64,000 nucleotides of DNA from Parvibaculum sp. (GTDB lineage Bacteria > Pseudomonadota > Alphaproteobacteria > Parvibaculales > Parvibaculaceae), in NCBI RefSeq assembly GCF_030694575.1, contig NZ_JAUYUS010000068.1, positions 1,924-65,923 of the forward strand, in the 5' to 3' direction. Made by a program: the position numbers and the translations under genes. Below are positions 56,394-64,000 of the stretch, piece after piece. How positions within the stretch are numbered: position 1 is the first letter of the stretch; each line of letters opens with the position of its first letter. The notes beneath the pieces were generated by a model. The model had not been told where the DNA came from. It searched no databases and saw only the letters and a list, made by a program, of their open reading frames with translations.

Positions 56394-59053
56394 GCCGCCT
56401 CGTCTCTTTCAGATTGACCGACCAGGCTGCGGATCTCCGAGCGGCACGATCCGCAGTTGGTGCCTGCGCCAGTCTGCTCGCCGACGGCCGCCACGTTGCA
56501 GGCGCCTGCTGCGATGGCGGCAAGGATCGCACCCGAGCGAACGCCCATGCAGGCACAGACAACGCGACCCTCGTCGTGCTGCCCTTCAGCGGGATGGCCG
56601 GAGAGCAGGGCACGGCGCTCGCTTTCATCCAACACTTCGGACGCAAGCAGGCCGACCAACCAGTCGCGTAACGGCAAGATGCCCTTTCTTGTGAGAAGGA
56701 GACAATCCACAAGACGGCCGCCTTGCAGCCTCGCCTGGCGAAGCGCGCCGCCATGCCCGTCGCGCATTTCGATCCGCTCGAATTCGGCGTCCAGCGTACC
56801 CGCGAGCGTATCGAGTTCCGGTGCTGTCTCCGCTGCCGATAGTCCGGCGAGCTCGTAGAGCCAGCCAGCTTCGACACGGCGGACCACCCAGTAGCCACAT
56901 GAAGGCGGCGCGATTTCCCGCCGCGACAGGAAGAAGGCGCGCCATAGCGGCTGGACGGACTCGGCACGCGCAGGCGTGTGCTTGAAGGCGGGCTGGCCGG
57001 ACAAGGGATCGCGCTCCGGATGCGCCAAGCAGCCGGCGCCGCTGCCGGCGCTGTTTGCCGCAGACCAGTGGATCGGTATGAAGAGTGAACCCTGGCGCTG
57101 ACCGGCACTCACATGCGCGCGGAAGACGGCGGAACCATATTCGGTGACGATGCGCATAAATCCGCCATCCGTTATGCCGGCGGCGCGGGCGTCTTCCTCG
57201 TGAATTTCAGCGACGGGTTCCGGCGCGTTGGAACTCAAAGTCGGTGAAAGACCGGTGCGCGTCATCGTATGCCACTGGTCGCGCAAGCGGCCGCTGTTCA
57301 ACCTGAGCGGAAAAGCAGTCGGTTTCCTTGAGCGCGGCTGTGCCGCCGCCGCCGCAAACCGGGCACGGCCGGAGGGTGTCGGGAAGCCCCCCCTGCCGAA
57401 AAGGCGTGGTGTGCCTTCTGGCGTGTGAACCGGCCATTGGACGGGAGCGAGCGCTTCGTATTCCTCATCGCTCAGATTCGAGAGCGCCGAAATGTCGAAG
57501 CAGCGGGTGCCGTCATTCTCGAAACCGGAAAGACGTGCATGTTCGCGGAAGATGTCCGCCGGGCCGCGGTATGGGAACGCGTCCGCGAAACCCATGCGCC
57601 GCGCCACTTCGCTGACGATCCACCAATCGGGTTTTGCCTCACCCGCCGCCTGCATGAAGGACCGCTGGCGCGAAATGCGGCGCTCCGAATTCGTGACGGT
57701 GCCGTCCTTCTCGCCCCAAGCTGCGGCGGGGAGCAGGATGTCGGCGCAGGCTGCGGTATCCGTTCGGGCGATACAATCGGATAGGACAACGAAGTCGCAG
57801 GACTTGAGCGCGCGGCGCACGAAATCCGCGTTCGGAAGGCTCACGACCGGATTTGTTGCCACGATCCATAACGCCTTCACGCGCCCGGCCGCAACCGCGT
57901 CGAAGAGATCGACGGCCTTGAGGCCGGGCGAAGTTGCGAGGCGATCCGTCTGCCAGAAACGGGCAACCGTGGCGCCCCCCTCCTCCGTAAAGTCGAGATG
58001 AGCGGCGAGCTGGTTGGCGAGCCCTCCGACTTCACGCCCGCCCATCGCATTCGGCTGACCGGTGATGGAGAACGGACCCGTGCCGGGCCTGCCGATTCGG
58101 CCGGTGAGAAGATGGCAATTGACGATGGCGTTGACCTGATCGACGCCCGTCTTCGACTGGTTGACCCCTTGCGAGAAGGCGGTGACGACACGCTCCGTTT
58201 CCGCGAACCAGCGGATGAAGGTTTCGAGATCGTGCGCATCGAGGCCGCAGGCCTCCGCCGTCACCTCGACGGAGCGATGGCCTTCACTCGCAATTGCGAG
58301 TGCTTCTTCAAGGCCCTCGGTATGATTTGCGACGTAGGCCGGGTCGGCGACACCTCGCGCTGCGAGTTCGCAGAAGAGCGTATTGAAGAGTGCGAGGTCG
58401 GCGCCCGGCGCAATCGGAAGGTGCAGGTCGGCGTCGTCGCAGGTCGCGGTGCGGCGCGGATCGATGACAACGATGCGCGTGCCACGCTTCGCCTTCGCGG
58501 CGAGCAACCGCTGATAGAGGATCGGGTGGCACCAGGCGGTGTTGGAGCCCACGAGCACGACGAGGTCCGCCTCCTCGAAATCCTCGTAGCAGCCGGGCAC
58601 GACATCCTCGCCGAAAGCGCGCTTGTGCGCGGCGACGGCAGACGACATGCAAAGACGCGAGTTCGTGTCGATGTTGCCGCTGCCGATGAAGCCTTTCATC
58701 AGCTTGTTGGCAACGTAATAATCTTCGGTGAGGAGCTGTCCCGAGACATAGAAGGCGACGGCGTCGGGCCCATGCGCATCGACGATGGCGGTGAATTTCG
58801 CGGCGACCTCGTCGAGCGCCTCATCCCAACCGATGCGCGCTCCCTTTTTCATCGGATGAAGCAGGCGGCCTTCAAGACCCGTCGTCTCACCAAGAAGAGA
58901 GCCCTTGGAACAGAGGCGGCCCGCATTCACCGGGTGCGAGACGTCTCCGGAAATGCGGGCCCCTCTCGCGGCGCCACGGGGGGCAGCGACGCCGCAGCCG
59001 ACCCCGCAATAGGGGCAGGTGGTTTTCGCGAGAGGCTGCTTCATCATTTTCAT
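56390..59053 (-). CDS. nasA: Assimilatory nitrate reductase catalytic subunit
   Basis: TTCPYCGVGCG..GRLCSKG; SGQLLTEDYY; NIDTNSRLCMSS; GQPNAMGGREVGG; GRLRDQWHTMTRTG; C-terminal CACMGV..GTNCGSC. Confidence 0.95.
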   Translation of the reverse strand: MKMMKQPLAKTTCPYCGVGCGVAAPRGAARGARISGDVSHPVNAGRLCSKGSLLGETTGLEGRLLHPMKKGARIGWDEALDEVAAKFTAIVDAHGPDAVAFYVSGQLLTEDYYVANKLMKGFIGSGNIDTNSRLCMSSAVAAHKRAFGEDVVPGCYEDFEEADLVVLVGSNTAWCHPILYQRLLAAKAKRGTRIVVIDPRRTATCDDADLHLPIAPGADLALFNTLFCELAARGVADPAYVANHTEGLEEALAIASEGHRSVEVTAEACGLDAHDLETFIRWFAETERVVTAFSQGVNQSKTGVDQVNAIVNCHLLTGRIGRPGTGPFSITGQPNAMGGREVGGLANQLAAHLDFTEEGGATVARFWQTDRLATSPGLKAVDLFDAVAAGRVKALWIVATNPVVSLPNADFVRRALKSCDFVVLSDCIARTDTAACADILLPAAAWGEKDGTVTNSERRISRQRSFMQAAGEAKPDWWIVSEVARRMGFADAFPYRGPADIFREHARLSGFENDGTRCFDISALSNLSDEEYEALAPVQWPVHTPEGTPRLFGRGGFPTPSGRARFAAAAAQPRSRKPTAFPLRLNSGRLRDQWHTMTRTGLSPTLSSNAPEPVAEIHEEDARAAGITDGGFMRIVTEYGSAVFRAHVSAGQRQGSLFIPIHWSAANSAGSGAGCLAHPERDPLSGQPAFKHTPARAESVQPLWRAFFLSRREIAPPSCGYWVVRRVEAGWLYELAGLSAAETAPELDTLAGTLDAEFERIEMRDGHGGALRQARLQGGRLVDCLLLTRKGILPLRDWLVGLLASEVLDESERRALLSGHPAEGQHDEGRVVCACMGVRSGAILAAIAAGACNVAAVGEQTGAGTNCGSCRSEIRSLVGQSERDEAA

Positions 59054-59073
59054 ATGCCGTACGCCAACGCCTT

Positions 59074-59418
59074 CTAGTCCGCCGCGACGGAGGCCATGAG
59101 ATCGACATCCATCAATATTTTTTCCCCTTCCCGCTTCAGCGCGAAAGTGCGCACCGATCCTTCATCCGCGCCGAGCGCGGCGCCGGTTTCAAGAGAGAAC
59201 ACCCAGTTGTGCAAAGGACAGGTAACGGCCGCGCCATGGACGATGCCCTGGCTCAAGGGACCTCCCTTGTGCGGGCAGCGATCCTCCGTCGCGTAGAGAT
59301 CGTCGGTCGCCGTCCGGAAAACGGCGATGCGCCCGAGCGGCGTCGTCACGCAGCGCGCGCCGCGCGGAGGAATGTCCGACAGATTACCGATCTCGATCCA
59401 GCTCGCCATCGCGCTCAC
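59074..59418 (-). CDS. nirD: Nitrite reductase small (Rieske-type) subunit
   Basis: CPHKGGPLSQGIV..VTCPLHNW. Confidence 0.93.
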   Translation of the reverse strand: MSAMASWIEIGNLSDIPPRGARCVTTPLGRIAVFRTATDDLYATEDRCPHKGGPLSQGIVHGAAVTCPLHNWVFSLETGAALGADEGSVRTFALKREGEKILMDVDLMASVAAD

Positions 59419-61868
59419 TCCGCTGCCCGGGGAAAACCGATTTCGGCCATGGGCCGGAACTCATGCTGGTGCTTTCCCGAGACGCGCTCGGACCAGGGGT
59501 CCACCTGCGCAAATTTCTGCGAGAAGACGAACCGGCCAAACAAGGCCTTGCGGCGCTCCTCATCGTCCATGATCTGACGGCGGATTTCGTCGTAGCCGAT
59601 GCGCTTCGCCCATTTGTAGATGCGCTCCAGATAACGCGCCTGTTCACGGTACATCTGGACGAGCGCCACGATATGCTCGAGCGCTTCGTCCTCCGTCTTC
59701 ACGATGCCGAGTTTTTCGGTTCCCCTGATGTCGAGGCCCGCGGCCCCCGCGAAGTGGATCTCGTAGCCGGAGTCGACGCAGATGACGCCGACATCCTTAC
59801 AGGTCGCTTCCGCGCAGTTCCGGGGGCAACCTGAGACGGCCATCTTGACCTTGGCGGGCGTCCACGATCCCCACATGAACTTCTCGATGCGGATGCCGAG
59901 GCCGGTGGAATCCTGCGTGCCGAAGCGGCACCAATCCGTGCCGACGCAGGTTTTCACCGTGCGGAGCCCCTTGGCATAGGCGTGGCCGGAGACGAAGCCC
60001 GCCTTGCCGAGATCGGCCCAGACGGCCGGCAGGTCTTCCTTGGCTATGCCCAGCATGTCGATACGCTGGCCGCCCGTGACCTTCACGGCGGGAATGGCGA
60101 ACTTGTCCACGACATCGGCGATAGCGCGCAGCTCCTTCGCGCTCGTCATGCCGCCCCACATGCGCGGCACGACGGAATAGGTTCCGTCCTTCTGAATGTT
60201 GGCGTGGACGCGCTCGTTGACGAAGCGCGACTGGTAATCGTCGGCATATTCATCCGGCCAGTCGCAGACGAGATAATAGTTGAGCGCGGGACGGCACTTC
60301 GCGCAGCCGCAGGAGGTCTTCCATTCCAGTTCCTGCATCACGGCGGGGATGGTCTTGAGTTCCTTCGCCTTGATGAGACGGCGAACCTCGTCGTGACCGA
60401 GATCTGTGCAGGTGCATATCGGCTGGACGGCTGCGGGGTTGTAGGTGCCGCCGAGGGTGAGCGCCATCAGCTTCTCGACAAGACCGGTGCAGGAACCGCA
60501 GGAGGCGGACGCCTTGGTGTGGGCGCGCACGCCATCGAGCGTCGTCAACTCCTTCTCCCTGATCGCATTCACAATCGCGCCCTTGCAGACGCCGTTGCAG
60601 CCACAGATTTCGCTTGTGTCGGGCAGCGCGGCAACGGCGGCATTAGGGTCCTGGGAGGCACCGGCGAGCGCAGGCCCGAAGATCAGCGTTTCGCGGCGTT
60701 CGGCGATGTTCTCCTTCTCGCGCAGAAGACTGAAGTACCAGCTTCCATCCTGTGTATCGCCATAGAGAACGGCGCCGATGACGCGATCTTCCGAGATGAC
60801 GAGGCGTTTGTAGACGCCGCGCGCTGCATCGCGGAAGACGATGTCCTCCCTGTCCTCGCCGCTCGCAAAATCGCCCGCCGAAAAGACATCGACGCCCGTC
60901 ACCTTGAGCTTGGTGCTGGTAACGGAACCTCGATAACCCTCGCCATCCTCTTCCGCGAGCGCGGCGCCGGCTGCGCGGCACATCTCCCAGATGGGCGCGA
61001 CGAGACCGTAAACCTGCCCCCGATGCTCCACGCATTCACCGACGGCGTAGATCGCGGGATCGGAGCTGCGCATGAAATCATCGACGACGATGCCACGATT
61101 GCAGGAAAGCCCGGCCTCGCGGGCGAGCGCGATGTTCGGCCGAATGCCTGCCGCCATGACGACGAGATCGGCGGGAACGAGACGCCCGTCCTTGAGGCGC
61201 ACGCCTTCGACACGGCCCGTTCCGACGATTTCCTCGGTTTGCGCGCCCGTCAGCACCTCGATGCCGCGCATCTCGAGCTCGCGGCGCAGGAGGAAGCCCG
61301 CTGCCTCGTCGAGCTGGCGCTCCATCAGCGTGTCCATGAGATGGATGACCGAGACCTGCATGCCGAGGGTGCGAAGTCCGTTTGCCGCTTCGAGACCGAG
61401 AAGACCGCCGCCGATCACGACGGCACGTCCGCCGCCTTCAGCCGTCGCGATCATCCGGCGCACATCGGCAATGTCGCGGAAGGCGATGACACCGTCGAGC
61501 GCCGCGCCCGGCACGGGAAGGATGAAGGGCAGCGAACCGGTGGCGATCAGCAGCCGGTCGTAGGAGGAACGCGCGCCCTTGTCCGTGGCGATGGTCCGCG
61601 AGGCAGCGTCAATTGCGATGACTTCCTCACCGCTTCGAAGCGCGATGCCGTTCTCCTCGTACCACCCTCGCCCATTGATGACGATTTCATCGAATCCGGT
61701 TTCGCCGGCGAGGACGGGGGAAAGCATGATGCGGTTGTAGTTCACCTCCGGCTCGGCGCCGTATATCTCGATCTCGTAGCGGTCCGGCGCGAGATCGAGC
61801 AGTTCCTCGACCGCGCGGCAGCCCGCCATGCCGTTTCCGACGACGATGAGTTTCCGCTTTTTCGTCAT
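59415..61868 (-). CDS. nirB: NAD(P)H-dependent nitrite reductase large subunit
   Basis: VVGNGMAG, YNRIMLS, GGGLLGLEAA, CGCNGVCK..CGSC, TCVGTDWCRFG, SGCPRNCAE. Confidence 0.95.
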   Translation of the reverse strand: MTKKRKLIVVGNGMAGCRAVEELLDLAPDRYEIEIYGAEPEVNYNRIMLSPVLAGETGFDEIVINGRGWYEENGIALRSGEEVIAIDAASRTIATDKGARSSYDRLLIATGSLPFILPVPGAALDGVIAFRDIADVRRMIATAEGGGRAVVIGGGLLGLEAANGLRTLGMQVSVIHLMDTLMERQLDEAAGFLLRRELEMRGIEVLTGAQTEEIVGTGRVEGVRLKDGRLVPADLVVMAAGIRPNIALAREAGLSCNRGIVVDDFMRSSDPAIYAVGECVEHRGQVYGLVAPIWEMCRAAGAALAEEDGEGYRGSVTSTKLKVTGVDVFSAGDFASGEDREDIVFRDAARGVYKRLVISEDRVIGAVLYGDTQDGSWYFSLLREKENIAERRETLIFGPALAGASQDPNAAVAALPDTSEICGCNGVCKGAIVNAIREKELTTLDGVRAHTKASASCGSCTGLVEKLMALTLGGTYNPAAVQPICTCTDLGHDEVRRLIKAKELKTIPAVMQELEWKTSCGCAKCRPALNYYLVCDWPDEYADDYQSRFVNERVHANIQKDGTYSVVPRMWGGMTSAKELRAIADVVDKFAIPAVKVTGGQRIDMLGIAKEDLPAVWADLGKAGFVSGHAYAKGLRTVKTCVGTDWCRFGTQDSTGLGIRIEKFMWGSWTPAKVKMAVSGCPRNCAEATCKDVGVICVDSGYEIHFAGAAGLDIRGTEKLGIVKTEDEALEHIVALVQMYREQARYLERIYKWAKRIGYDEIRRQIMDDEERRKALFGRFVFSQKFAQVDPWSERVSGKHQHEFRPMAEIGFPRAAE

Positions 61869-61870
61869 GA

Positions 61871-62671
61871 TCAGGCCGCCTTGTCGGTACGGTTGCGGGT
61901 GAGGAAGCGCATCACGGCGGTGCGGGCGGCGAGGTAATCCGGATGCTCCCCGAGTTCGAGCCGGCGCCGCGGACGCTGGAGGGAGACCTCGTGGATTTCC
62001 CCGATGCCCGCCGCCGGGCCGTTAGACATCATCACGATGCGATCCGAGAGCAGCACCGCTTCGTCCACATCATGCGTGATCATGACAACCGTGTTGCCGA
62101 GGCGAGCGTGAATTTCCATCACGCTGTCCTGGAGCTGCGCGCGGGTGAGCGCATCGAGCGCGCCAAAGGGTTCGTCGAGAAGCAATACCTTCGGCTCCAT
62201 GGCGAGCGCGCGGGCGATGCCGACGCGCTGCTTCATGCCGCCGGAGATTTCCGATGGGCGCTTGTCGGCCGGATGCGCCATGTTGACGAGGTCGAGCATC
62301 TCGCGCGTCCAGGCGTCGCGCTCCGCGGATGTTTTCCGGCCCGCGAAGACCTTGTCTACCGCGAGACGGACATTGCCGTAGACGGTGAGCCAGGGCAGCA
62401 GCGAGTGGTTCTGAAAGACCACCGCCCGCTCCGGTCCGGGCCCATCGACAAGAATGCCATCCAGAAAAATGCCGCCGAGCGTTACCGTCTCGAGACCCGC
62501 CACCAGATTGAGCAACGTGGATTTGCCGCAACCCGAATGGCCGATGATGGATACAAACTCGCCCTCATAAATCGAGAGGTCGACGTCACGCAGCGCCTCG
62601 AACGAACCCGAGCGCGTTTCGAAGGTCTTGCCGAGCTTGCTGATCCGCAGAACCGGATGCCGTTCCGTCAT
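61871..62671 (-). CDS. Nitrate ABC transporter ATP-binding protein (NrtC/D-type)
   Basis: GHSGCGKST, ISGGMKQRVGIARAL, LLDEPFGALD; true start MTERHP. Confidence 0.93.
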   Translation of the reverse strand: MTERHPVLRISKLGKTFETRSGSFEALRDVDLSIYEGEFVSIIGHSGCGKSTLLNLVAGLETVTLGGIFLDGILVDGPGPERAVVFQNHSLLPWLTVYGNVRLAVDKVFAGRKTSAERDAWTREMLDLVNMAHPADKRPSEISGGMKQRVGIARALAMEPKVLLLDEPFGALDALTRAQLQDSVMEIHARLGNTVVMITHDVDEAVLLSDRIVMMSNGPAAGIGEIHEVSLQRPRRRLELGEHPDYLAARTAVMRFLTRNRTDKAA

Positions 62672-62676
62672 GGGCC

Positions 62677-63576
62677 CTACTCCTTCTTGCCGGTGTAGTC
62701 GTAGCGGCGGCGCACGAAGTTCATGCCCGTTTCGAGAACGATGCCGACGCAGCCGATGATGACGATGGCAACGATGATCGAGGGGACGGAAAGGTTGTTC
62801 CATTCGTCCCAGATGTAGAAGCCTATGCCGATGCCGCCGGTCAGCATTTCGGCGGCGACGATGACCATCCATGCCGTACTGAGCGAAAGCTGCATGCCGG
62901 TCAGCATGTAGGGGAGCGTTGCCGGTACATAGATCTTCGTCACCATCTCACGGCGATCGAAATTCAGCACGCGCGCGACGTTCAGGTAGTCCTGCGGAAT
63001 CGCCTTCACGCCCGCCGCCGTGTTGAGGATCACGGGCCAGATGCTTGTGATGAAGATGACGAAGATGGCGGAGGGATCGACGGCGCGGAAAACGAGCAAG
63101 CCAATCGGTAGCCAAGCGAGCGGGCTCACCGGACGGAGAATGGCGATGAGCGGCATCCATGCCTGCTCGAACGTCTTGTTCGCGCCGATGAGGAAGCCTG
63201 CTGGAATGCCGACGGCGAGCGCAAGGAAGAAGCCTGCGAGGACGCGGCCCAGCGAGTACATGACTTGCCAGGCGATGCCCATGTCGTTGGGGCCATAGAC
63301 ATAGAAGGGGTTGGAAAAGATTTCGACCGCCTTGTTCCAGACCGTCGGAACATCGGGAAAGGCAGGCAAGAACGCTGCCTGCATGACTGTCCAGCCGAGG
63401 AGAACGAGCGCAAAGGTGACCGCAGGCAGGAACACAGGTCGCAGGATCGCCTCGAGCCTGGAAGGCTCCCGCCGCAAAGGTTCGCGCAGCGCGGTGGAAG
63501 GCGGCCTGGGGGTTTCCCGCATGTCCGTCTCTGGCTCCTCTACCGGCTTGACGATGGCAAGCGCTGCAGATTTCAT
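62677..63576 (-). CDS. nrtB: Nitrate ABC transporter permease
   Basis: ILRPVSPLAWLPIG, ITSIWPVILNTAAGV, WMVIVAAEMLTGG..FYIWDEWN; start MKSAAL. Confidence 0.92.
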   Translation of the reverse strand: MKSAALAIVKPVEEPETDMRETPRPPSTALREPLRREPSRLEAILRPVFLPAVTFALVLLGWTVMQAAFLPAFPDVPTVWNKAVEIFSNPFYVYGPNDMGIAWQVMYSLGRVLAGFFLALAVGIPAGFLIGANKTFEQAWMPLIAILRPVSPLAWLPIGLLVFRAVDPSAIFVIFITSIWPVILNTAAGVKAIPQDYLNVARVLNFDRREMVTKIYVPATLPYMLTGMQLSLSTAWMVIVAAEMLTGGIGIGFYIWDEWNNLSVPSIIVAIVIIGCVGIVLETGMNFVRRRYDYTGKKE

Positions 63577-63587
63577 CCGTTGTCTCC

Positions 63588-64000
63588 TCACGTGTTCAGC
63601 TTCGCGAGCTCGTCCATCGCGAAGGCGAGGTTCTTCACTTTGAAGCCGTCGATGTAGGACAGCACTTTCCCCGGGTTGAAGACGTCGCCATTGAAGAAGA
63701 GGTCGGGGCCCATGGCGATCGGGTTCGTCGCCTCGTCGAGCGTCCAGCTCTCGGCATGCGTTCCTTCGGTCTTCATGTCGATTGTGGGAACGGGAATGCC
63801 GAGCCCTTTCACCGCTTCGCGATAGATGTCGGGTCGGTAGATTTCGCTTGCCGCCTTGACGATATCGAGGGGCTGTTCGATCTGGCCCCAGCGGACCATT
63901 TGCGACATGAACCACACCGCATGGCTTCGCCAGGGGAAGGTCGCCGCATAGCGGTAGAAGACGTTGAAATCCGGCATCGGGCGCGGTTCTTCGTCGATCG
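63588..64000 (-). CDS. nrtA: Nitrate ABC transporter substrate-binding protein (NrtA/CmpA), 3' part only
   Basis: FPWRSHAVWFMSQMVRWG..YRPDIYREA; runs off the window end. Confidence 0.9.
   Translation of the reverse strand, partial: IDEEPRPMPDFNVFYRYAATFPWRSHAVWFMSQMVRWGQIEQPLDIVKAASEIYRPDIYREAVKGLGIPVPTIDMKTEGTHAESWTLDEATNPIAMGPDLFFNGDVFNPGKVLSYIDGFKVKNLAFAMDELAKLNT

Noticed and set aside
880-63657. Many long antisense or off-frame ORFs (for example 880-3201+, 6340-9216+, 10097-11734-, 18772-20277-, 38701-40137+, 59982-61937+)
   Set aside because: They shadow well-supported genes on the other strand or frame, are Arg/Ala/Gly-rich and lack motifs; expected in high-GC DNA.
1-64000. CRISPR arrays, tRNA/rRNA genes, IS elements, phage or defence genes
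   Set aside because: No regularly spaced repeats, cloverleaf/rRNA signatures, transposases or phage structural genes were seen by eye.

Overview
High-GC alphaproteobacterial chromosome segment. The gene content, with several acyl-CoA dehydrogenases, is Parvibaculum-like; this is inference and not verified. Three zones: (1) 1-23.7 kb is core-like: transporters, beta-oxidation genes, an orphan histidine kinase, cobT, cobA, a PMM/PGM and dusA. (2) About 23.67-54.75 kb is a 31-kb genomic island inserted in the 5' end of dusA. It is bounded by two imperfect ~140-bp direct repeats (23657-23797 and 54733-54874), each carrying a dusA N-terminus (MNT[L/Q]TNKIS[V/I]APMMD) plus upstream DNA, and no integrase is recognisable. 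Cargo: an RND efflux operon with a TetR operator; a putative sigma54-driven TonB-receptor/MFS/RutA-like/RutB-like/M20/flavin-reductase operon with its own tonB-exbB-exbD-exbD; two TauD-type dioxygenases; a Rieske oxygenase and a YgiD-type ring-cleavage dioxygenase; an acetamidase followed by an AraC-acetamidase fusion; PfkB, PhoD and a VOC protein. (3) 54.9-64 kb holds a frameshifted, truncated MMPL remnant and an assimilatory nitrate/nitrite reduction operon that runs off the window. No rRNA, tRNA, CRISPR array or transposase was seen. The best candidates for undescribed biology are the integrase-less dusA island, the non-canonical Rut-like nitrogen-scavenging operon and the AraC-amidase fusion.
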